52,376 bases of DNA, taken from the NCBI RefSeq assembly GCF_001194135.2, contig NC_068989.1:17646229-17698604 (forward strand). The letters are read 5' to 3'. A program made the translations under genes and the position numbers. The notes under the pieces are model-generated. The model searched no databases. It was not told where the DNA came from and saw nothing but the letters and a program-made list of their open reading frames with translations. This document shows, piece after piece, positions 1 through 11,332 of this stretch; the first letter of the stretch is position 1, and each line of letters starts with the position of its first letter. Source of the stretch: Octopus bimaculoides. Lineage: Eukaryota.

Positions 1-619
1 AGCAATAACTGTTGTTTTCTTGTAATATGTTATCAATATATGGTACTATTATCATAATGACACAATGTTTCAAATTATATTATGTTTAAAAATGTTATTT
101 ATTTCGAATAAATGAGTCTTGCAAACTCTTTTGGCCCATATTTCTTCCTGAAATTTTTTAAAAATCCATATTTTTCCCCCAGAATATGATTATTTGGTTT
201 CCGTCTCTAGGAATTTACTTTATATATTTGCATATCGAACAATGAGTAACATAGTTATTATATTGGAAAATATTGAAGCATAAATTTATCAATATATACA
301 ATTTGCAAACACTTTTGACCCCCACAGTATGTTCTTTTTGGATAATGGTTTGTAGATTAGAGAGTGGGAATGGTTGCTGTGCAAAACGTTTCCTGACTTT
401 AAAAAGTGTCAAGCACAGGTATTGCTGGAGAGGAAAAAGAAATGAACATCTTGTATGTACATGGCTGGCCGAAGCTTCAAAAGGCACATCTAAACAATGA
501 AAGTTCATATTGATAATGAAATAAATGGTAAAAAGGACTCTGGAACATTTTGTTCTGTGGTATGACCCGGCAGGTGTCCCAGGGCACCACAGCTTGGATC
601 CGGTCGTCATCCTGCAACT

Positions 620-1790
620 GTGAGTAAATTCAAGTTAAGATGCAAGCCTATGAATATAGGTGGTTGGAATATTCGAACGTTATTAGACAAAGATTGTCTG
701 AAATCTCGTCCAGAGAGAAGATCCGTGCTTGTTGCAAAAGAGTTACAGCGTGATGATATGGATGTTGTAGCGTTAGCCGAAACAAGAATCCATGGAAAGG
801 GGAATTTCGTAGAGAAATCTGCTGGATATCATTTCTTTTGGAGCGGTAGAGAAGAGACCTATAAGAGAGAATCAGGAGTGGGATTTGCTATCAAAATCAC
901 TCCGGCTTCAAAACTTGAGTTACTACCATGTGGTCATTCAGAACGTTTAATGTCTTTAAGGCAGCCAGTGGTTAGGGTAGCGGACTCGCGTTCGGAGGAT
1001 CGCAGTTTCGATTCCCAGACCGGGCGTTGTGTGTGTTTCTTAAGCGAAAACACCTAAAGCACTCCACGAGGCTCCGGCAGGGGGTGGTGGCGACCCCTGT
1101 TGTACTCTTTCGCCCCAAATTTCTCTTTCTTCCTGTTTCTTGAGTAACGCTGCGATGGACTGGCGTCCCGTCCAGCTGGAGAAAACACATACGCCATAGA
1201 AACTGGGAAACCGGGCCCATGAGCCTGCCTGGCTAAGCTTCAAAAGGGCGCGTAAATAAAATTTTAAAAAGGCTGCCATTAAGAAAAGGTTGCTATGCAA
1301 CACTCATAAGTGCATATGCTCCAACTATGAATTCATCAAAGGATGATAAACTTGCCTTCTATCTATCATTTACAGAGATTATACGCAATATCCTTCATGA
1401 TGACAAAAGTGTCATTTTGGGTGATTTTAATGTTCGAGTTGATGCAGATTGGGGTGTCCTAGGAAAGCATGGGGTTGGGAGTTCCAACAGTAATGGTTTG
1501 CTACTGTTACAAATGTGTGTAGAAATGGAATTGTGCGTCATGAATACAATGTTTTGACTAAAGAATAAGTATAAAATGACATGGATGCACCCTGGTTCTA
1601 AGAAATGGCATCTTATAGATTGCATCCTCACCAGGAAACGAGATGCTAGAGACTTTGCTATTGTACGAGTGATGCTTGGTGCAGAGTGCTGGGCTGATCA
1701 TAGTCCTTTGCGTGAATTTTCTTGTCAAGCCTAAGGTTAGAGCAAATAATGTCAAATTACCTAAACGGATTGATGTGAATAAACATATAT
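620..1790 (+). mobile_element. RTE-clade LINE, apurinic endonuclease region, decayed and interrupted by a SINE
   Basis: IGGWNIRTL..RPERRSVLVAKEL...ALAETR...GVGFAI, then after the insertion TLISAYAPT...VILGDFNVRV...NSNGLLLL...NTMF...TWMHPGSKKWHLID...ADH. Confidence 0.88.
968..1268 (+). mobile_element. tRNA-derived SINE, chimeric (family A head + family B tail)
   Basis: Box A/B-like head. Flanked by near-identical 10-mers aaggcagcca (958-967) and aaggctgcca (1269-1278); its removal restores the RTE frame MSLRLPLRKG. Confidence 0.8.
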
Positions 1791-3048
1791 ATACGAAATA
1801 TATACGAAATATATGCAATTAATAAACTCATATACTTATTTATGAACGTATTTATATTTCTATTACATGTAATTTTTAAAAATATAATCTATTTTAATAT
1901 CCGAACAACTATCATTTATATATAAAATTATCATTACAATCACGTGACCTTTGCCTCTGCACCTTATAACTAAATCAGATATGGTAATTTACAAGGTAAT
2001 TTACAAAGGAATCGCTTGTATTTTGAATTTGAAATCCCTGATCGCTAGGATATAGCGATTATTTACAACCTGTATCAAAATGACGATTTGGATCAACCTA
2101 CCGTATACTCGATAAATAAGTCAGACAAAAAAGTCATTAAGACATTTGGTAATAATCTTAATTGTTGTCCATAAATAAATTTTTCTTTTGATCCATATGT
2201 ATACTGAGATTTGCTTTGTTGATGAGAGGTTGCGAGGCCCTGACGCCTAATTAGTGAAAGGTTGTGCCGTCCATTTATTATTCTGTAATAGTAGATATTT
2301 ATAAAATGTAAAAAAAGGGCTCTAATCGAGAATGGATATTATGGTATATTTTCTTTTCTTATATTCTCAAAAATATTTGCTATCTATGATGAACAGTTTA
2401 CAATTCCCAAAGTGCAAATCAACGTTTGATAAACTTCGTTTAATTGATAAAAAAAAGAGCCAGTTATTTGTATTTTCGGTAATCAAATGCTACCTTTCTG
2501 TCACCTATCTGATCTCATTCGTATTTTTTCTTTCTATCAACAGGTACCTCTATCGCTCGATGTTGCTGGTTCCGTATTCATGTCATGCTTACTAAAATGT
2601 GTTCACTAAGTGGGAGGCTACAGGAACAACCGAGTATTTGACAAATATTAAAGAATATCAATTTTGTTTTGTTGACGTTATTGTTTTAGAAATGTGAGGC
2701 ACTCCCACAACTAACAAACACAGACACAATCTATTGTACATGTTGCTTGACACTTAGTGGCAAAAAATATCTGTACACCTTGAATTTCCAGTCAATGTGA
2801 TGAAACAAAGCGGTAACGGAAGAGAGGTTAACGAAAAGAATTTAAATCAATAACAATATTGAAACAAGTGACAAACTAAAAGCTAAAAACGGATTTTAGT
2901 TTGTTTTATCGTTTTAATCATGGAGAATATATTTTTTCTTTAGAATTAAGATATTCTCTCTCTTTCACTGTTTCTCGATATCTCCACCCTTCTTAATACA
3001 TACATACATACATACATACATACATACATACATGCATGCATACATACA

Positions 3049-3513
3049 TTGTTGTTGGCACTCCGTCGCTTACGACGTCGAGGGTTCCAGTTGATCCGAT
3101 CAACGGAACAGTCTGCCCGTGAAATTAACGTGCAAGTGGCTGAGCACTCCACAGACACGTGTACCCTTAACGTAGTTCTCGGGGATATTCAGTGTGACAC
3201 AGTGTGACAAGGCTGATCCTTTGAATTACAGGCACAACAGAAACAGGAAGAGTGAGAGAAAGTTGTGGTGGAAGAGTACAGCAGGGTTCGCCACCATCCC
3301 CTGCTGGAGCCTCNNNNNNNNNNNNNNNNNNNNNNNNNNNNNNNNNNNNNNNNNNNNNNNNNNNNNNNNNNNNNNNNNNNNNNNNNNNNNNNNNNNNNNN
3401 NNNNCTTTAGGTGTTTTCGCTCAATAAACACTCACAACGCCCGGTCTGGGAATCGAAACCACGATCCGATGACCGCGAGTCCGTTGCCCTAACCACTGGA
3501 CCATTGCGCCTCC
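3049..3513 (-). mobile_element. tRNA-derived SINE family A, full length with N gap
   Basis: Head GGAGGCGCAATGGTCCAGTGGTTAGGG..GGTTTCGATTCCCAGACCGGGCG and tail GGAGTGCCAACAAC; close to the 40214-40592 copy. Confidence 0.85.
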
Positions 3514-3681
3514 ACACATACATACATACATACATACATACATGCATACATACATACATGCATGCATACATACATACATACATACATGCATGCATACATG
3601 CACATACATACATACATACATGCATGCATACATGCACATACATACATACGTACATACATACATACATACATACATACATAC
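3514..3681. repeat. (TACA)n microsatellite, representative of many (TACA)n/(CA)n/(TA)n/(TC)n tracts
   Basis: Similar tracts at about 11295-11420, 25345-25493, 36807-36870, 39705-39838, 43325-43426 and 45290-45790; most N gaps abut such tracts. Confidence 0.95.
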
Positions 3682-3694
3682 AGTTTTCCTTCAT

Positions 3695-3825
3695 TCTCTC
3701 AGTTTATTTTCTCTCATTCCTTTCTGGTGAAGAGCGCAGGCTCGAAACTTAAAAGATTTTTTCATTTTCCCGACCGTCAAACTAATGCACTTGCTTGTTG
3801 TTCATACACCTGTATTCGTCTTATA
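3695..3825 (+). mobile_element. Penelope-like 3' terminal repeat fragment
   Basis: ctggtgaagagcgcaggctcgaaactt...; homologous to the copies at 25540, 31597 and 37560. Confidence 0.6.
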
Positions 3826-4279
3826 TTTTTTTTTTATAAATTTCAACTATAAACATATATATGTGTATCAGTGTGCATGTGCATGCAATCACTCATAATA
3901 AATGCTCCTATTTTTTAAAATACTACTATTGACCTGCTTAAGTTACTTTTAAATGAAAGAATGCGTTTTCACATTAAAGTATCTTTCTACAAATGAAAAA
4001 AACACCCTGATTTCTTGAATAAGCATACATCGACATATTTACAGACGGGGAGAAATAGAAATGTGAAGTACAGATGTCTTTTGCCAAGGTATAATTGCGT
4101 GTGCTAATTATACTCTTGCAAAAAGGTTTATTTGGTTTTAACGGAAAATCGAAAGATAGCTATTAGACCAAATTCAAAAGAAAACCGTTCGCACCGTTTC
4201 CTATCTTTTCTATCTCCTCCTAATGCTAAAGCGATAGCCTTTCTTTCTCTGAAGTAACTATCTTGCATACTCTCCCCAC

Positions 4280-4460
4280 ATATGACCAATAACTCCGCCT
4301 CCCGTTTACTCAATCATACTTGCTGTGTCTCGTCTTCTCGATGCCAACCTGTACAAATCCATACACTTCGCACAGCCCTTTGGAAATTTCTTCTTACCTA
4401 TAGATTTCCTATGAATATCGATTTAGAAATATTCAAGATAAACACCAGTCTTCCAGGACC
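4280..4460 (+). mobile_element. LINE (L2/Jockey/CR1-like) 3' end remnant
   Basis: TLRTALWKFLLTYRFPMNIDLEIFKINT resembles the RT..LWN.LP..FP...L..FK terminus of such LINEs. Confidence 0.4.
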
Positions 4461-4664
4461 TAACTTGAATAACATAATATTAATATCATCACTTTATTTT
4501 GAAAATTTGAACTGTGAAACTATCGTTAATAACAAAAATGAATTTAGGAATTTTATTGTTTCAACTAAATAGAAGGCCAAATAAGGAAATATGAAAAAGG
4601 AATCGTTAATAAAAACTTAAGCTTGACCATAGACGTGTTTTAAATACATATGTGTACATAAGGT

Positions 4665-5105
4665 AGTAAGCTAACAGAATCGTCAATATGCAGGGCAAAG
4701 TGCTTAGCAGCATTTCGTCCGTCTTTACATTCTGAGTTCCAATTCCGCCGAGGTCAACTTTGCCTTTCATCCTTTCAGGGTCGATAAAATAAGTACCAGC
4801 TGAGCACTGGGGCCGATGTAGTCGACTTATTTTTCCCCCCACGCTCTTGAAATTGCTCGTCTTGTGCCAAAGTTTTACATTTTAAACCGATATATATATA
4901 TGTGTGTATAGAAGGCTGAATTGTTGGCACACCGGACGAAATGCCTCACAGTATTTCGCTCATCTTTACGTTCTTAGTTCAATTTGTGCTAGGCTAACTT
5001 TGCCTTTCATCCTTTTGGAGTCGATATAATAAGTACCGGTTGAGTACTGAGGTCGATCTTACTCTCTCCTTCGAACTTGTTGGCCTTGTGCCAAAATTTG
5101 AAACC
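4665..5105 (+). mobile_element. Two tandem partial copies of SINE family C
   Basis: ...cttagcagcatttcgtccgtctttacattctgagttc.aattccgccgaggtc.actttgcctttcatcc...gtgccaaaatttgaaacc. The family recurs about 10 times in the window. Confidence 0.75.
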
Positions 5106-5134
5106 AATATATATGTGTACATATGTACGTGTAT

Positions 5135-5752
5135 AGGCGCAGGAGTGGCTGTATGGTAAGTAGCTTGCTTACTAACCACATGGTTCCGGGTTCAGTCCCA
5201 CTGCGTGGCACCTTAGGCAAGTGTCTACTACTATAGCCTCGGGCCGACCAAAGCCTTGTGAGTGGATTTGGTAGACGGAAAGAAGCCTGTCGTATATATA
5301 TATATATATATATATNNNNNNNNNNNNNNNNNNNNNNNNNNNNNNNNNNNNNNNNNNNNNNNNNNNNNNNNNNNNNNNNNNNNNNNNNNNNNNNNNNNNN
5401 NNNNNNNNNNNNNNNNNNNNNNNNNNNNNNNNNNNNNNNNNNNNNNNNNNNNNNNNNNNNNNNNNNNNNNNNNNNNNNNNNNNNNNNNNNNNNNNNNNNN
5501 NNNNNNNNNNNNNNNNNNNNNNNNNNNNNNNNNNNNNNNNTGTGTGTTTGTCCCTCCCAGCATTGCTTGACAACTGATGCTGATGTGTTTGCGTCCCCGT
5601 AACTTAGTGGTTCAGCAAAAGATACCGATAGAATAAGTACTAGGCTTACAAAGAATAAGCTCTGGGGTCGATTTGCTCGACTACAAAGGCGGTGCTCCAG
5701 CATGGCCGCAGTCAAATAACTGAAACAAGTAAAAGAGTAAAAGAGTAAAAGA
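5135..5752 (+). mobile_element. tRNA-headed repeat family D with internal microsatellite
   Basis: aggcgcaggagtggctgtatggtaag...ggttcagtccc head and (gtaaaaga)n tail. Other copies at 6205-6437(-), 11628-11785(+, partial), 17797-18238(+), 52098-52376(-). Confidence 0.8.
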
Positions 5753-6779
5753 GAATATATACGCATAAGTATGTGATTGTGCGTGTGTGTGTGTATGTGT
5801 ATGAGTAGATATATGTATATCTACACACGCGCCCGCGCCCGCGTGTGTGTGCAAGCGCATATATGACATATATTTCTATATACAGATATAAGTATTGGTA
5901 CATATATACTTGCTCATACGCACAAGCATATATTGACGTTTAGAAGAAGAGGGTGAGAGAATATATATATATGCATATTGATATAAGCGGACTCTCTTGT
6001 CATAAATGAGAGGTAATGGTTCTGCAACTAGTTGAACAGCCTGCACCGGTAATTTGTTTGTAGTGATCAAATGTGTGATGTTTGATGGTATGAGTTCTCA
6101 TTGTCTCTCATACAGAGGGACAGAAAGTTGTAAAAGATGATTAAGCGTTTAGAAAAAAAAAAAACAAAAAGAAAAAAAAAACGAACGAGTAACATTGATT
6201 GGTTCAGAAGTTGTATTCTTTATTTTTTTCAGTCATTTGACTACTGCCATGCTGAAGCACCATCATGCGGACTTATTTATGTGACAGGAAGACAAACACA
6301 GACACAAAGACACGCATACGACAGACTTTGGTCAGCCTGAGGCTATAGAAGAAGACACTTGCCCAAAGTGCCAAGCAATGGGACTGAACCCGGAGCCATG
6401 TGGTTGGGAAGCAAGCTTCTTACCACATAGCCACGCCCTCTGTTCTGTTATTCATTCTACTATTAGTCCTATTATTTCGTCTTTTTACTGCTTTCTCTTA
6501 GCTTATGAGAGGATTTGAGGTACAGGGATAGCCAACATCCCATATGATACAGACCTGCTATTAATGGTATTACTTAGCTCAATTAGCTATTTGTAATAAC
6601 TACAGTGGTTACAAACGTATGCATAGTCGATATGTTTTACTAGTTCAATAAGGTAAAAGAGAAGGGGAAAATAAGAAAGAAGAATAAAATCGGAAGCGAT
6701 CATAACATTAACAGGCTTTCCTATATAAGTCAACTTAATGCTATAGATATTCTTATTAAATATATGAAGGGTAAGTGTA

Positions 6780-7190
6780 AGTGGTGAAGGAAATCCTGTA
6801 AGTTGTTTTGATAGAGGAAGGATTAAGTGTACTTAAAGTTCCCTGAAGTAAGAAAAGAAAACGTGGATGAATCAGATGGATTTGGGCAAGGGTTATTCAT
6901 CGCTTGATGAGGAGTAAAGGAATGGTCAAAGTGAAAGATCTGAAGAAGAGGCCTTGTGACTCTAAAGCAAGTCCGGTTGTAGGATCAGAGGTGAATGCTT
7001 ACTCGATGTGCAATATCTGGAGACATTTTGCTCTTGTAATTATTAGCCTGTGAGGTAGCCATCACTGCGACTGCCTCACACTTGGAAATGGCGACTTCCC
7101 CTAAATGCTCTTGCAGCAAGTGACCACTCAGAGTTGCGGGCGTTATGTAAACGAACTGATAGGGCAGATGTAGCATCTCTAACTAATGAG
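6780..7190 (-). mobile_element. Decayed LINE 3' fragment
   Basis: Minus-strand HFDHSFTP...NP similar to LINE C-termini; heavily degenerate. Confidence 0.3.
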
Positions 7191-7271
7191 CTGACTTGAA
7201 GTACGAAGATATTAGGTAGTAAGGTTCAATAAAACGATTAGTATGATGGACTGGAGAAAGTCACTTTCATT

Positions 7272-7688
7272 AGTCCATCGCAGCGTTACTCATTTTTGCC
7301 TGCTGAGTGGACTGGAGCAACATGAAATGAAGTGTCTTGCTCAAGAACACCACACGTCGCCCGGTCCAGGAATCGAAATCACAATCTTACGATCATGATG
7401 CTGACACCCTAACCACTAAGCCACACGCCTCCACTATATATGCGCCCTTTTAAAGCCTAGCCAGGCTCATGGGCCCGGTTTCCCGGTTTCAATGGCGTAT
7501 GTGTTCCCCAGGTGGACGGGACGCCAGTCCATCGCAGCGTTACTCATTTTTGCCAGCTGAGTGGACTGGAGCAACGTGAAATGAAGTGTTTTGCTCAAGA
7601 ACACAACGCGTCGCCCGGTCCAGGAATCGAAACCACAATCTTACGATCATGGTGCTGATACCCTAACCACTAGGCTACGCGCCTCCAC
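7272..7688 (-). mobile_element. Two tandem CORE-like SINEs (family B)
   Basis: Head GTGGAGGCGCGTAGCCTAGTGGTTAGGG..GGTTTCGATTCC. Body GTGTTCTTGAGCAAAACACTT..CTCCAGTCCACTCAGCTG..AAAATGAGTA resembles the MIR/CORE consensus. Copies at 7272-7434 and 7435-7688. Confidence 0.75.
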
Positions 7689-8119
7689 ATCAAATTTCGA
7701 AAGTAGACGCTAATTTGGCTATAGGATAAATATTCTTATAATTTAACCCAATGACAGCTTTGATCATGCAAACCTACCTTCAAATTCTTCCACATATGAA
7801 TAGCTCACAGCTTATTTATATCGGCAATAACAAGCTTCATCGGATCTTAATTTAACATGTACGATGTTGTGATCAGAGGGAGATGTGACTTCCATTTCTA
7901 ATGTGTCTATTGACTGCATAGATATTCCTTTTTTGACTTGTGTTGTTGAGGATAGTATTTTTAGGAACAAACTGCAACATTTTCGATCTGGATTATGAAT
8001 GCACAATTTTTATGATATAATAAAATAAAATGTGGCACTTATGGATTACTTAAATGAGAGCGAGTATATGATTGATTTTCAGAGTAAAATCTAATTAAAA
8101 AGGTAACATTGAGAGGCTG

Positions 8120-8440
8120 ATCTCTGGTCTGGGACGCGAAGTGCGGCGACATGTTACCCGGCTCCGGCCTTGCTGAATCGTCTGTAAAACCGGGTGTCGC
8201 GGCCCGTAATGCAGAGGAGATAAAAATCAATAAATACAAGGACCTAACAGGCTGCTATCCGTTTGTGCCGGTCGCCGTCGAGACGTCAGATGTTCTTGGA
8301 CTCCATACTTCCGATTTCTTCCGTAAAATAGAGATAACGGTGGGCCGTCGGAGAAATGAACTCCGTGAAGTGGAGTGGCTGCTACAACGAATGTCGCCGA
8401 CCATTCTCCGAGGTAACGCAGTCATTACCGTGGGGTAAGG
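8120..8440 (+). mobile_element. CRE-clade non-LTR retrotransposon C-terminal (restriction-like endonuclease) fragment
   Basis: VWDAKCGD...GVAARNAEEIKINKY...FVPVAVET..LG...RE..WLLQRMS..ILRGNA. Confidence 0.75.
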
Positions 8441-9760
8441 CTGACCATACCATTTATTCTGAGATATCTGACCCATTGCCCCTTCCATCTTCCGCTGCCT
8501 TACCCCGCCATCTTTTTTTCCTTTTCTTTCTTTTCTTTCTCTCCTGTTTCTTTGTATTTAAATGTTCTAATAAAATAAAGATGTTTTACAATAATTGTAA
8601 GACAAAAAAAAAAAAAAGACAACAGAGGATTATGTTTATGCCTTGTTACTCCTTAAGTATCAACTGGTCTCGTTCACTTAACTGCAAATAAGGAATAAGA
8701 GTATTGTACAATGAGCGTGTGTGTTTTTAGCTTTCAGATATTGTTCAGTTGAAGTTCTACAATCCAATAGATAATGTAACTCATCCATTCCAGCGGCTGT
8801 GAAAGCATAAGTATCATTGAAATCTCTTCATATATTTTCATTTAGACTCACGTCTAATGATCTTTAAATTACCAAAAATATCGGTGAAAACGTGATTCTC
8901 TCGTTCTGTATAATTTATATTGCTAAATAATAATATACCTGTGAAGATACGTATGAGTTATTAAAGCGGCTGTAGTAAATAAATTTTTGACATAGCATTG
9001 ATAATCTCTGTCTCCTGTTTTTCAAAATGTATTTTGCTCTTCGCCTTCGTAATAGCTGATTACGAACTGTGTGCAAAATTCTTTAAAGTTGAGAAATTTC
9101 AGAGTTTAACATAATGTGATAAAATTTGTGTGTATATACAAATATGTATGCGTGTATATACATATACATATGTGTATATGTGTATGTGTGTATGAATCTC
9201 TCTCTCTCTCTCTTTCTTTCGTTCTATACATACTTACATATATTATATATAATATAATATTATATTATATATTATATTATATAAAATATAACCCGACATT
9301 CATATATACTTAAAAATATACACAGAAGCTGACAAGAACTCATCATAAAATGTCTCCAAACAGATGCTGTGGCAATGTTGCCATGTGGCAAATATGCAAC
9401 GAACTTTTTTACATTCTAAAAAATCTTGACTTAACTTAAGCCAAAACATTCCACATTCCAGCCACATTCCAGCCACGATCATCATTTCCCTCTCGCAGGC
9501 AATGTATATCAAGGACAACGTTATTCAATATGTCCTTTTTTACGTGGAGATGTGTAATATGAGAAATATTGCTGCTAAATCTGGTAGCTGGAAGTACCCT
9601 CTAGAACCTCCCTTATAATAAGCTATTAATAGTTGAATGATGGTCAGAAAATTGCTTGTATATTTATTTGAAGTATCTTAAACAATATTTGATGTATTGA
9701 AAAGGGAAAATATGTGTTCTGGATGAAACACTGATTTTCCATGAATGGTATGCTGTAAGT

Positions 9761-10058
9761 CAGGGGTTTTCAAACTGTGGTCTGTGGACCACAGGGGGTC
9801 CGCAAGAACAAGACAGGGGGTCCGTGGACAGCAAATACTTTTTATGGGCAATTTGATTTTATATATGTTTTTTAATCGAAATCTTTTAATTGACAATAAA
9901 CCTATTTGTTAAATACTGTTAAATAAATAAATGTACAAATATATGTTATTTTAAGCAAATATTTATGTATAAATGTCATAAGCGTTTATAAGGGGGTCCC
10001 TAAGGTAAAGCCTGAAATATAAAGGGGTCCGCAAGTCAAAAAGGTTTGAAAACCCCTG
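9761..10058. mobile_element. hAT-type MITE, 298 bp
   Basis: Perfect 15-bp TIRs caggggttttcaaac/gtttgaaaacccctg and a perfect 8-bp TSD ctgtaagt (9753-9760, 10059-10066). Confidence 0.92.
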
Positions 10059-10532
10059 CTGTAAGTAATAGATATTTCATCTTGTATCTGTGATGCAATT
10101 ACTATATTTTATGAGTATGTGTTTGTTATAAGCCTGGAGAACCTATACACACGCGCGCGCGCAACATAAATTGAGTGGGATTGATGGAAAAAATGAAAAG
10201 AAACAAAGACATGCTTATAAAACTATTCTGATAATTTCTTTATTTCGTTTTGATTGCAATAATGATTAGTCTGATCTGAAAAAGGTTTTGTTTTATATGT
10301 TAAATACGTATTTGATTCTCTCAATATTATATATATTTCTTGCAAATGTTTCCGAAAGAATTATCATGACAGAAAATTATGCATGCGTTATTTTTATTCT
10401 AGAATCACAGGAAAAAGCATTTAAAATTATTTAAACAAAATCATTTATATATAAACAATGAAATATATATATATGTATATNNNNNNNNNNNNNNNNNTAT
10501 ATAGTGAAAGTGATTGTTGTAGAAAACAAATA

Positions 10533-10538
10533 TTTATT
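10533..10538 (-). terminator. Candidate AATAAA polyadenylation signal
   Basis: AATAAA on the minus strand about 105 nt after the stop codon. AT-rich context makes chance matches likely. Confidence 0.4.
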
Positions 10539-10642
10539 AATATATTTTCAAATTAAAAATTATCATCGTACGGTGAAATGAAAATTCAGTCTTGATTTAT
10601 AGGAAACATAGTGGGGATTATAGAAGTTCATTTTAGGTGTAT

Positions 10643-10818
10643 TTATTTTCCAATGTTGCAGTTGGCTTTCATTGGCCAATCACACACTTGTAGTGCCTCG
10701 TTGAAATGCAAGTTTCCAGGACAATCTTTTCTGTAGGAATGATTCCAATCACACTGGTAAAAATGTCTGCAACTTTGTGGGTCAGGGAAAAGGCCGGATT
10801 CCATAGGGCACGTGAAGT
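10643..10818 (-). CDS. Coding exon 11 (terminal): chitin-binding type-2/peritrophin-A domain and stop
   Basis: caatag|(D)[58 protein letters not shown]-x12-C-x5-C-x9-C-x12-C-x7-C with typical DP..C..FY.C and CP..L.F.....CDW motifs; phase-1 acceptor. Confidence 0.9.
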
Positions 10819-11294
10819 CTATTGAAAAAGAAAATAAAGAAAAAAATATATATATAAACACACAATATATATATGTATGTATATGCATATACATGTATAC
10901 AAGTATGTGCATATATATGTATACATGTATGCATGTGTGCGTGTATATATATATATATACATTTTTATATATAACGTTGACCACTAACGTGGACATTCAA
11001 TGTGCTAGAAATACACAAGATGTGATCCATTTCTAGCACATTGAATGTCCACGTTAGTGGTCAACCTTATATATAAAAATGTACTTTAATCCCCTGAGAT
11101 TGCAGATACTGTTTCTGAATCTCTTTGATTCTTTAAACGTGCTAGCTTCCTGGTAATTAATCGATATTAATTAATATATGATTTTTTNNNNNNNNNNNNN
11201 NNNNNNNNNNNNNNNNNNNNNNNNNNNNNNNNNNNNNNNNNNNNNNNNNNNNNNNNNNNNNNNNNNNNNNNNNNNNNNNNNNNNNNNNNNNNNN

Positions 11295-11332
<38 letters not shown>

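Noticed and set aside
553-616. Crossed pairings upstream of the RTE ORF resembling an HDV-like ribozyme
   Set aside because: P1 is only 5 bp with no G1, P4 cannot form cleanly, and the J4/2 C-N-A-A element is absent. At best degenerate; an Infernal search would be needed.
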